A stretch of 64,000 bases of DNA from Tubulanus polymorphus (lineage: Eukaryota > Animalia > Nemertea), in the NCBI RefSeq assembly GCF_964204645.1, contig NC_134026.1:21734150-21798149 (forward strand), read 5' to 3'. The position numbers and the translations under genes are program-made. Below the pieces are notes generated by a model that worked only from the letters and a program-made list of their open reading frames with translations, did no database searches and was not told the DNA's origin. Of this stretch, positions 39,501 to 47,731 are shown in pieces (positions within the stretch are counted from its first letter, which is position 1; every line of letters begins with the position of its first letter).

Positions 39501-42500
39501 CTATACGGAGCAATTAAATTGTCCAGATAAGTCATTTCGGATTCTAGATATTCATTATTTTTATTAATTTATTTTTTTAAATTTAATCAACAATTTCTAA
39601 ATCATGATGGCCATCTTCATTTTTTCCATGATAGATTATTTTAATCCTTCTAAATCTTTTAATTCCTCTATACTCAATGAAACCCATTTATCAGGTAAAA
39701 ATACTTTAAATTCTCGCGATGTACTAACATTGCAGTAGCTTAAATTAGCTGATACTTTCTCTCCATATTTAGTTTTTATCTTTTCTAATTTCAATATTTT
39801 ATGTTCAATTTCTTTTGTAACATCAACTAACTTTTTTATTTCAAATTGTTTTTTTTGTTGGTTTTATTCTGTTATTTATTGTTGCTAAGAATCTCCCATT
39901 TATAAGGAAAACAAATTATTTGTGGTGATGAGTGGGGATTACTTCCCCTTGTATAAACAAGCACGCTATTAACCGTTCTCACCCAAGCCTCACGGCATCT
40001 ATTTATCGGGGCACAGTCGAAGTTTTAAGAAATTTGGGGAATTATGAGATTTGGCGATTGGGTAGATGATACAGTCTTCGACTGGTCTAATTTAAAAAAA
40101 ATTGTCAACTTGTGACCGACTTCGATTCACTTTTGCCTCTAAGCTGGTCTGCAACTTCATTGCCTCCATGGTTGAAGAAAGAGCTCTTCTGATGTCTGCT
40201 TCATCATGAGCATATCGTGTAGCCAGCCGGCCCGGTCCCGGGGCCCGGTTTGGCTGTCACTCGATATCCTAGACTTGAGTCTGGGTTGAAGTAGACATTG
40301 TCATTTAAATAACTTATTCATGTTATTCTGTATGAATTACCCGTGTGTCTTGTATTTTGTATTTTCTTAGTTTAAAATTTGTAACTTTATTGAATTTTAT
40401 CCCGGAATTTCAATGAAATAAGGATCAATAAAGTATTGAATTGAATTGTCACCTTATACACATGCCATCAGTGGACGCGGAGCCGTATATGACAGCTATG
40501 CTATTATAAATTGCTAATCTCATGAAACCTGCATACCCCTAATATCGAACATATTTTCTAAAACATTTGAATATTATATGTTTACACGTTTTTATATAGA
40601 CCGCTTGTAGCCGCCGATGAAATTCACACCGGCCCTACTCAGATCGTAGATAGCTTCGTCATTCCACTAGCATCCCCATGACAGGGTCTGACTTTTATAT
40701 CAGACTTCCAAATCGTGTATACATCCGCCATTTAACCGAATAATCCGATTTACTTATCATTTCTTTTTATGCCTGCCGCTCCTGATATAATCATACATCA
40801 TTTACTATTACAATACGTCTTCTCATGATATTCAATGCAATATAACATTCCGACGTTCAAATGGAGGTCATTATATAATCACAGGGAGCCATTCTACATC
40901 TTTATCAATAATATTTTGCCAAATAGCTTGTATGTGTACACATAAACCTGTGACGTTTTGCACATCGATTTACGGTTGTCGTTTGTAAAATGACGCTGAA
41001 TGGTTAGCATTGTTAAGGTTTCATAATGGTAACGTTTTATAAGGCGTCAAAAAAATTACTTGTGGTGATGAGTGGTGTCTCGACCTCTCGACCTCTGATC
41101 TGAAAGCCTACTTTTCCAATTACTGGTATGATTATGTTATATAAGTATGTACATTATCACTTATGACAGATAAGCGTAAATTACTGTTTCATTTAATACG
41201 CTTACAGTGTACTCTCACTAATCAGACTCATCAATTTGTAGTGGATTATGCCATTTATAAGAGTTGTGTACCCTCTACAATCCACCCAGGATCCCCCTGC
41301 CAAAATGTTTTTTGATAGTGTGAGGGACATTGTGATCGAATGTATCTTATTTTGATTATTGACTGAATTTCTTCAGTTTTTAATCAAGTTTTTCCTTTGG
41401 TATATGTTAATCCAACCGATCCATCATTTCACAAACCTTGGATAACTCCTTGTATTGTCACAGCAATTAAAACAAAAAACAGCCTCTATAGGAAACTTGT
41501 TCGAACTCGTTCTGATAAAATAAAAACCAAGTATAATTCGTACCAAAATCTCATTTAAAAGCTTATTAACAAAGCTGAATCTGATTATTATTCTGAAAAG
41601 TTACTTGCTGCTGGAAATGATATGAAGAAAAAGTGGAATCTGTTGAACACAATTTTAGGGAAACACTCATTCAAAACTACCAAACTCCTTTACCTCCGAT
41701 CAACGTATAGCACCCTGACATTTCCGCCTTGCAAGTATAGCACCCTGAGATTTCCGCCTCGCAAGCCCAGGGTAACTACGTAAAAAATCCTTAAGTCGAC
41801 GATCAGGAAGCAACGACGAGAAAGCGTTCTTAAAACTTCAAACTCAAACTTAACTTAAATTTCACTTTATTTTCTTGGATATATCGGAGAGACGAGGCTG
41901 GACATCCAACCCGCTCAAAAGCTACAACTCGAATCTCTGATTTCTTTCAACAAATTTTCCACCAGGATACTATTACATAAGACACCAAGGGTGGCAGAGA
42001 CCAGAAGGCAGTTATCAAAACAATACAAACTGACTGACACTTCAAGTACATTTCTAAAACAAACAAACAGTCCGACACTCCAAAACTGATTGCCATCCTG
42101 CCCCCTTAGTAACATCGATGAAAATAAGACAATATTTGTAAAATAAGAAATAGAATTCATAACTTGACCTAAAAATGCTCTGTTAATTTAGACTAAATTT
42201 AGTTAAATATCTACGGTGTTATATTCTCCCATTGCATCTCCTTCAACTTTTGCATGTAATGCAAAAGTTGAGTACATTATGTAAAAATACATTCTTATTG
42301 GTATATCATTATAAACTGATGATTAATAGAATATGTATAAAATGCTCTGGGTTTGCAATTTAACTTATTTGAGTTACAATTAGAATACAATGAACAAACA
42401 CATTTACGTTGTTTGAGGAAATTAACTATGGTAGAAGCAGTAAAGATGTATTTCATAATATGATATATATGATTTTGCTTTCTAGATTATTCCTTAAAAA

Positions 42501-45500
42501 TTAACAATACAATCATTTTAAAAGGGTAGGGTTACCAGTCGTCCCTGTAGCACGGAATGACTATAAGTTATTAAAAAGGTTTTTTTTGTAGATGAAATGT
42601 ACTAAACCCACCACCATTGATGAATGATATATATATGCTAATATGGTTACATTATGCTAAAATGGAATATCTATGAATACAAATACTTAAAGAAGACACA
42701 AAACGTTCAGATCAATTACGTGACAATACCAAAACAATGAAATTACATAAATGACACATAGTCTATCCTAGGTTTTAAAATAAATCATTCTTCTCTTCTT
42801 ATGTGATGCAGAAAGGGAATCAGCAGACGTTTACTGAATAATCCTTTTATTTCGATCATTACGTATATACTTTTATTTTTACCGCAACTCTTGTGTATAT
42901 ATTCATATCATTAAATTTAACTTCCTATCAATCCCACATATTTTAATATTCATATAATTCTCTTTTTATCTGCTGTGACATACAGCTAGTCTAATCTTAC
43001 ATTGTCATTCTTTTTCCAATCGATCTCAATTAACATTAATCATGCTCGTAGACGTGTACTAAGCAATTAATAGTTAGTTTTCATACATATGATATTGGCA
43101 AATAAATTCAACTATGTACTAAATAATTTCTTCATTGTGCTAGCGGAGGTGAGCAAAACACAATAACTCCACTAAATACATTTATTTTCTATAGCCGTTT
43201 TGAGCGTCTTTTCTTCGATTTTCTGACGCTTTCAGACGGTAGGCGCGCTGTCCCAGAATCTGTACTGTTGGGACAGAGATTTAAACTGCTCATGATCTGC
43301 ATCGAGCGATAAACTTGTTGTTCGAGTGCAGGAATACGAACGCACATTCCTGTGTATTTCTTTTCGAGCTCTTGGTTTTCGAATTTTAGCCGGTTATTTT
43401 CTGTGATCGTATTTCGAATAAAATTTTCCTTTTTGGCTGTTTGCGAATTTGAAGTTTCTAACCACGGCGCAACGTTTAAAACGGTATTTTCAATGGTGCA
43501 CTGAGAACTGGCATCACATAAAGTCTTTTCAAATGGCAATAAATCGCATTGAATGCAAATATCCTTTATCCGAAACTTCGAGTTGAGTTTGAACGCTTAC
43601 GTCTCGGAGCCATGGATCCTCAAGCGCATCATGCCAAAAGTCTGACGGTTGATCACGATTTGTTGATGATATCTGACACGATTGTTCCGAATTTCGATAT
43701 TCAACAGATTTCAGTTTTTCATTCGTGACACGAAGCTGATTTTCCAAGCTATGAATTTTCTGTTCTAACTGGCTGACTTCAAAACGCGATTCTTTCCAAC
43801 GATTGTAATTGTCCATACGTATTTTGTCCCGATTTCGTTGTTTTTCGGATTTCCGACGAATAAATCTTGTTTCTCTTCTGGGAAATTTTGAGAATTGAAC
43901 TGGACAAAATCTAGCGTAATGTCCGATTCCAGAACAAAGATCACACACAATTTTGATTGATTTACCGTAACAGTGCGCATCAGTTCGATGTCCTTTTTGC
44001 CTCCATTCCGGATGTGAATTCCAACGTATTGTCATCTTGAAGCTGGGGAACTTAGCGACAGATAGTTCAGCACTCACTTTAGCTCGAGGACAGATACCTA
44101 GGTTTTTCTTTATCGTGCCCGGGTTCTCCACCAATTATAGCACCCTGACATTTCCGCCTTGCAAGTATAGCACCCTGAGATTTTCGCCTCGCAAGCCCAG
44201 GGTAACTACGTAAAAAATCCTTAAGTCGACGATCAGGAAGCAACGACGAGAATGCGTTCTTAAAACTTCAAACTCAAACTTAACTTAAATTTCACTTTAT
44301 TTTCTTGGATATATCGGAGAGACGAGGCTGGACATCCAACCCGCTCAAAAGCTACAACTCGAATCTCTGATTTCTTCCAACAAATTTTCTACCAGGATAC
44401 TATTACATAAGACACCAAGGGTGGCAGAGACCAGAAGGCAGTTATCAAAACAATACAAACTGACTGACACTTCAAGTACATTTCTAAAACAAACAAACAG
44501 TCCGACACTCCAAAACTGATTGTCATCCTGCCCCCTTAGTAACATCGATGAAAATAAGACAATATTTGTAAAATAAGAAATAGAATTCATAACTTGACCT
44601 AAAAATGCTCTGTTAATTTAGACTAAATTTAGTTAAATATCTACGGTGTTATAAATGCATTCTTCCTGGTGATACAAATATTGCCAACGAGTTCAACAAT
44701 TTTTTTTAAATATTGGTGAAAAGCTTGCTAGTCAAATCCCCGATACAGGGCAATCTTTTCATCAATATATGAATAATCGTGTCAATGAAAATATCTTTTT
44801 TTCTCCCTACCTCGCCCAATGAAATAAGTGATGTTTTTTCGGGTCTTCCCTCAAAAAAGAGTGCCGGTGTTGATGGTTTTAGTATTTTTATCATTAAACA
44901 AGTAATTGATACCGTTAAGTTCCCTCTATCCCACATCTTTAACCGTAGTCCTCAGACGGGAATAGTCCCCAACGATCTCAAAATTGCTAAAGTTTGTCCT
45001 TTGTTTAAATCAGGAGCCCCTTATTCTTCTGATAATTACCACCCGATTTCTTTGCTTCCTAGCTTCTCAAAAATTCTGGAAAAATTGGTTTACAACAGAT
45101 TAGTTTCATTTTATAACAAACAGGATATTGTAATCCCCAACCAGTTTGGTTTTCGTCCTAAGCATTCAATTGCTTTGGCACTAACCAAGGTCGTTGACAA
45201 TCTTACTGAAGCCCTAGAAAAGAAAGTTATTTCTATAGGATTATTCTTGGACCTTTCGAAGGCATTCGATACTGTTAACCATTCAATGTTGCTAAAGAAA
45301 CTCGAGTTTTATGGTATCCGGGGGGTTTGTCATGATTGGTTCAAAAGTTATTTGACTGATAGGAGTCAAGTAGTTAGTTATGATAATACTACATCATCCC
45401 CATTAAAGGTACTAATTGGTGTATCGCAGGGTTCCATTTTAATTACTCCTTATTTTATACATGAACGGTTGCGTTAATGCATCCAAGTTACTCCAATTTA

Positions 45501-46571
45501 ATCTTTTTGCCGATGATACCAATTGTTTTTATAGCCATACAAATATTAATGAATTGGTTTCTACATTAAATTCAGAACTAGTAAAACTTGGTATCTGGTT
45601 TCAAGTGAACAAACTTTCTTTAAACATTAAGAAATGTCACTTCATGATTTTTGGTAATGCAAATCACTTCAATTTTCCCATTCGCTTAAATGGTGAATTA
45701 ATCAAACATGTTCACAGTACAAATTTCTTAGGTCTTTTCATAGATGATAAATTAAATTGGGATGTCCATATCAAAAATATTTGTTGTAAGGTTACACGCT
45801 CCATTGGAATTCTGAATAGATTTAAAAAACATTTCCCATCATATCTCCTTATTACCCTTTATTATAGTTTTGCTTATCCTAATTTACAATATTGTAATTT
45901 AATCTGGAGTAGTAACTATGCAAATAAGCTTAATGCACTCTTTTTATTACAAAAAAGGGCAATAAGAATAATTAATAAGTCCCATTATCGTGAACACACA
46001 GATCCTATCCTCTCCTTATTACCCTTTATTATAGTTTTGCTTATCCTCATTTACAATATTGTAATTTAATCTGGAGTAGTAACTATGCAAATAAGCTTAA
46101 TGCACTCATTTTATTACAAAAAAGGGCAATAAGAATAATTAATAAGTCCCATTATCGTGAACACACAGATCCTATCTTCACGAAATTAAACATTCTCAAA
46201 TTGAAACATATTACCAAATTTCAACTCAGTGTATTCATGTTCAAATTCAATAACTCACAATTGCCAAATTCTTTCAACCATTATTATCAAAGGAATATAG
46301 ATATACACTCGCTATAACTCGCTATTCAACTAGAAACAATAATTTTTTCCCTATTGCTAGATTCAGGACCAACAATACTCAATTTTCTGTAAAAATCTCT
46401 GGTCCTGTTGCTTGGAACCATTTGCCAAAAAGTCTGAAAAATCTTTCGTGCATCCATATTTTCAAGATAAAACTTAAATTGTATCTCATGAATTTGTGAT
46501 TCTGAATTATCCAAGTTAATTTTAATGCTTTTGTATCTGTCATCTGTTACCAGAGTGTAAGAATGTATGTA

Positions 46572-46641
<70 letters not shown>

Positions 46642-47731
46642 TGTGTGTGACATGTTTGGTGTAGGTATATGACTGTATGTGCGTGTGTATGTGTTCGTCT
46701 GTTCGCGTGAATCTGTGTGTGTCGGGGGATTAGAAACTTTCATAAGCCTTTGTAGGCTTCATCTAATCTCCCCCGCATTGTATTAAAATGTCCCATACTT
46801 GTATATTTTTGTATATCCTTATGGTATGTTGTAATTTATTGTGGAAATAAATTATTATTATTATTATCCATCACACAGCGAATGCGGGGTGGATTTAGGG
46901 GAGCTCCCTTATGTTTGAAGCGATAACATTTTCACAAATCATTGGGTTATTGTGTTTTAGAACGACTTAAGATGTCCAGAATGCGATCCTGTTTTCAAAT
47001 GTTCTTGTGGGATGACCCGAAAACCCCTATTAAGCTTGTAGTTTATGTACCACGTACATGTATTAACAACAAAATAAGGCCGAGTTAGTTAAGGGCCCCC
47101 GTTTTGAATTCCTGGATGCATTCCCTAAAGAGTACCATTTTCCTCCTGAACCCTTGGCCTCTGAAATCCTGGATCCACCCCTGCTGTCATGGTGTGCCAC
47201 CTCCACCTCTACATACGTCTAAATTCTTCTTTTACGTTTTCTGTCTTTCAGGGAATGCTTGTATTGATATCGGCGTTAGTTTACCCGCCAGTTCCACGGT
47301 TTATCATGCCAGTGCTGACGAGACCGTATGTTGAACTGATTTGCGACCTGCCTGTTCCAGCGCTTGTCATACCGCTTTCATTCAACATCCTCATCATTTT
47401 AGTCACGACCGTGCTCGGATTCCTAACAAGGGCGTTACCGGATAACTTCAACGAATCGCGTTATATATTTCTGTCAGTTAGCGCTACATTTTTCTTATGG
47501 GTCGCTTTTTTGCCGACGTACTTTTCGGCATCAACCGCGGCCCACAAAATTATGCTGTTAGCGCTTTCTCTTATTCTAAGCTCTCTTGTCATATTGACAT
47601 GTATTTTCATGTCTCGTTTGTATGGTTTGTTTTGCATTGACGGAGATGCGATGACGTTTCTGACCATAAATGCTTCATCTGTGGGACAGGCCACCACCTC
47701 TAGAAACATTCAAGTCAGTTCGATATCGTAA
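24597..47731 (+). CDS. Class C GPCR (mGluR/CaSR-like), paralogue 1; exons 24597-26747 and 47252-47731
   Basis: Signal-peptide-like N-terminus, Venus flytrap domain (LPNITLGLDIYDEC, PQLSMSATSAELD, YFLRLPPSD), nine-Cys domain (CSDPC...CCWECNRC) and 7TM (TRALPDNFNESRYI in exon 2). The donor CAA|GTAAGT and acceptor TTTCAG| are at the same positions as in the paralogues. Confidence 0.93.
26910..26985 (+). repeat. Left TIR (76 bp)
   Basis: AGTAATTGGAAAAGTAGGCTTTCAGATCAGAGGTCGAGAGGTCGAGACACCACTCATCACCACAAGTAATTTTTTT, the exact reverse complement of 41049-41124. Confidence 0.97.
26995..27357 (+). CDS. Protein with two C2H2-type zinc fingers; possibly the frameshifted N-terminus of pPolB
   Basis: CQYC-x12-H-x5-H and CEVC-x12-H-x5-H fingers. 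The ORF ends just after an A9 run, 22 bp before the pPolB ORF. Confidence 0.7.
   Translation: MGENEHQPENNNVNENQYYCQYCKKYIDKSQKSRHEKTANHIKNVIDFETLDNTNERKERLDDMNVDEIKCEVCDEFITKRNYNRHLETAKHHQNLSNYVLGKDYFDDKPQKVKKNNFKN
27380..30668 (+). pseudogene. Protein-primed family B DNA polymerase (pPolB), frameshifted, motif B deleted
   Basis: ExoI IYGDFES, RDHDH...YRGAAH...CNL insert, ExoII FHNLSGYD, ExoIII YLKSDV, PolA YIDANNLYG, a partial motif C 'TDSY' at about 30213, GKFKDE, RSKMY and C-terminal DDKR...TLPYGH. It is split over ORFs 27380, 29281, 29763 and 30378. Confidence 0.94.
30665..32113 (-). pseudogene. Single multi-zinc-finger protein gene of about 482 aa with acidic C-terminus, broken by three in-frame stops
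   Basis: ORFs 31655-32113, 31385-31570, 31004-31270 and 30665-30922 share one frame, and the gaps between them are open. Motifs include CPKC..H..C, CEQC..H..H, YYCKYC..H..H and CPQC..CVDC. Confidence 0.78.
32111..32175. promoter_or_regulatory. Bidirectional viral promoter region: TIR-like box pointing left, T-tract/TATAAATA-ATG pointing right
   Basis: The reverse complement of 32111-32150 reads ACCACTCATCACCACAAGTAATTTTTTTCCCTAATAAATG, nearly identical to 26958-26997. It is followed directly by T8-ATGTTATAAATA-ATG of the penton gene. Confidence 0.7.
32173..32980 (+). pseudogene. Minor capsid (penton, single jelly-roll) protein, frameshifted
   Basis: N-terminal YRIFVDSR...LDREFKN...LVDISLCNSFYNIS and ITPGLYNLETL. 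Downstream frames give HFYIYCNLID and INNFKLEIRNHNGYSIDLNNIPVIYELVI*, a pattern typical of Polinton/PLV minor capsids. Confidence 0.75.
32997..34362 (+). pseudogene. Viral protein of unknown function (about 450 aa, one frameshift) with C-terminal transmembrane anchor
   Basis: YWQNQLNFAVHCATTGCGVS...FRFHTYFQIR...LPG. After a frameshift near 33550 it continues into GIQRINQSIRTYLICILGAQ and ends LALTCIGIVIGGILYFKF*. No signal peptide is visible. Confidence 0.7.
34379..35847 (+). pseudogene. Acidic/coiled-coil protein with C-terminal hydrophobic helices (about 490 aa, one frameshift)
   Basis: ORF 34379-35008 is followed by an open frame from about 35011 that is in frame with 35425-35847. A heptad-rich region precedes GITILSILTAVTMLFTTIGLAI, ALPGIIASIVGFIL and IILFLITVVSAIIFGLV. 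Confidence 0.7.
35868..37113 (+). pseudogene. Major capsid protein (double jelly-roll), several frameshifts
   Basis: About 410 codons of beta-rich sequence: NPSNINPNETLYVRIPRL...VVDNVGRYLIKKLTIKIG...YKLSNICLEYD...PRRSIKGILI...NPEITKVEITIEG...LWLDFRT...HGSG...HIYIISDAQLNI. It sits beside the ATPase and integrase. Confidence 0.78.
37114..37621 (+). pseudogene. C-terminal half of a retroviral-like (c-)integrase with chromodomain; DDE core missing
   Basis: KWIDVLPKLIEGYNNSYHSSIGMKP, KFKVGQNVRIS..FDKGY..NF, GYFYEEEL and chromodomain YKIEKVL...LVKWVGWPDKFNEWI. It begins immediately after the MCP stop. Confidence 0.88.
37622..38230 (+). CDS. A32-like (FtsK/HerA superfamily) genome-packaging ATPase, intact
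   Basis: Walker A GVTNCGKT, Walker B LFIIDD, motif GRHFGIT...LNQ and arginine-finger FREN. Confidence 0.92.
   Translation: MNKELFIFEPHNMLISGVTNCGKTYFMLNLLETFYKNYFDNIVLFCPTYEFNQTYDRNITRNSKFITLDPKTVKENLDNCIKIAIDIYKGSNTLFIIDDCANLHDSKVRESELCYLAFSGRHFGITTWVLNQKYNSIVKDFRENIRFLVLFYNKDRKSMKNALEENDIIPHDLHNEYMDKLKNIKRSKLLFRLQHPFRYEFI
38232..38510. repeat. About 2.6 copies of a ~97-117 bp unit built from CTAG-centred 11-bp subrepeats and hairpins
   Basis: Units start TTCAACT(A/G)GCTTGTTAATCTAGT at 38232, 38329 and 38446. ATTCTAGTT is reiterated, and there is a stem TTCAACTAG-9nt-CTAGTTGAA. Confidence 0.88.
38535..39125 (+). CDS. Helical viral protein of unknown function, weakly hydrophobic C-terminus
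   Basis: Intact 196-aa ORF starting TATAAATG. The C-terminus contains LGGFMTLLSTGIITF. Confidence 0.65.
   Translation: MVGEKKIKSKNGDVPIEKTLDDLGITETKLTPDDGALNNVTTNNNYEYYLYCKHQLEILIASGKCKNFIGKNLTYNELDTMKSDEIIRLFKIYETARTARINDAISENVVKGYSKLCNYMLPIQDENRLYADLENDYLVMTELNKWIGDLSFQLGGFMTLLSTGIITFSNIESKNISIINEQGGRSEEKSEITETK
39073..39459 (+). CDS. Small basic protein with a single transmembrane helix
   Basis: TAAATG start, Lys/Arg-rich N-terminus and TM segment YLYFTVGFVIVFILIGCNWY. Confidence 0.6.
   Translation: MNKVEEVKKNPRSQKQNEWSRQLGIKSQEFKKAKKEGINNENFNNSENIVSSTPSGNRIFDKYLYFTVGFVIVFILIGCNWYKKSNKIHDINNSETTAIKNENKSEIPKLTIKKWINILEKKQKKSCF
39583..39899 (-). pseudogene. Small (about 105 aa) beta-rich viral protein, frameshifted; possible OB-fold ssDNA-binding protein
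   Basis: Not in the ORF track. Manual translation gives MGD/LATINNRIKP.../KKLVDVTKEIEHKILKLEKIKTKYGEKVSANL...FKVFLPDKW.../IIYHGKNEDGHHDLEIVD*. It is preceded by the TIR-like promoter box. Confidence 0.5.
40040..40448 (+). mobile_element. Probable 3' remnant of a LINE inserted in the right arm of the Polinton
   Basis: More GC-rich than the virus and ends AATAAAGTATTGAATTGAATTG, a typical non-LTR tail. The 5' limit is uncertain. Confidence 0.35.
41049..41124 (-). repeat. Right TIR (76 bp)
   Basis: Reverse complement of 26910-26985, followed by the TSD GGTATG. Confidence 0.97.
41706..44653 (-). mobile_element. Non-autonomous LTR retrotransposon (2,948 bp; gag-like ORFs only)
   Basis: 518-bp LTRs at 41706-42223 and 44136-44653 differ at about 5 sites. 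Termini are TATAGCACC...GGTGTTATA. The PBS TGGTGGAGAACCCGGGCA (44117-44134, minus) matches the tRNA-Ala 3' end. There is a purine tract next to the other LTR and flanks AACG/AATG (4-bp TSD, one mismatch). Confidence 0.9.
43189..44134 (-). CDS. Gag-like CCHC zinc-knuckle / coiled-coil ORFs of the LTR element (two overlapping frames)
   Basis: CDLCSGIGHYARFC (CX2CX4HX4C) in 43529-44134. Coiled-coil segments occur in both ORFs. No protease, RT or integrase. Confidence 0.65.
44779..46069 (+). pseudogene. LINE reverse transcriptase domain (frameshifted)
   Basis: ORFs 44779-45477 and 45461-46069 carry consecutive non-LTR RT motifs. Confidence 0.92.
45844..46177. repeat. 167-bp tandem duplication inside the LINE
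   Basis: TCTCCTTATTACCCTTTATT...GATCCTATC occurs at 45844 and again at 46011. Confidence 0.9.
46564..46648. repeat. (TG)n/(TGCG)n microsatellite in the LINE 3' UTR
   Basis: Read directly from the sequence. Confidence 0.95.
46885..47183. mobile_element. MITE-like element with GGGGTGGAT...ATCCACCCC ends
   Basis: The terminal inverted motif is visible, and related ends occur at about 8600-8615 and 8915-8930. Homology to the paralogue-2 intron resumes at about 47184. Confidence 0.45.

Larger units (their letters stand above)
26910..41124 (+). mobile_element. Complete but decayed Polinton/Maverick-like endogenous virus, 14,215 bp
   Basis: 5'-AGT...ACT-3' termini with 76-bp perfect TIRs (26910-26985 and 41049-41124). 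The 6-bp TSD GGTATG lies at 26904-26909 and 41125-41130. It carries pPolB, penton, MCP, ATPase and integrase genes and is sharply more AT-rich than the flanks. Confidence 0.96.
41335..46867 (+). mobile_element. 5'-truncated CR1/L2-group (Crack/Daphne-like) LINE, interrupted by an LTR element
   Basis: Linker KPWITPCIVTAIKTKNSLYRK...KWNLLNTILGK (about 41.4-41.7 kb) resumes after 44653 as IANEFNNFF.NIG. RT motifs are NYHPISLL, QFGFR, FLDLSKAFDTV, GVSQGSIL, FADDT and FLGLFID. The 3' UTR has (TG)n/(TGCG)n and an AATAAA(ATT)n tail. Confidence 0.9.

Noticed and set aside
26910-41124. Contaminant or misassembled viral/bacterial contig
   Set aside because: Perfect TIRs, a 6-bp TSD and an empty site matching the paralogous intron show genuine integration.
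41915-44590. Duplicated 81-aa ORFs (41915-42160 and 44345-44590)
   Set aside because: They lie inside the two LTRs and show no protein features, so the duplication is explained by the LTRs.
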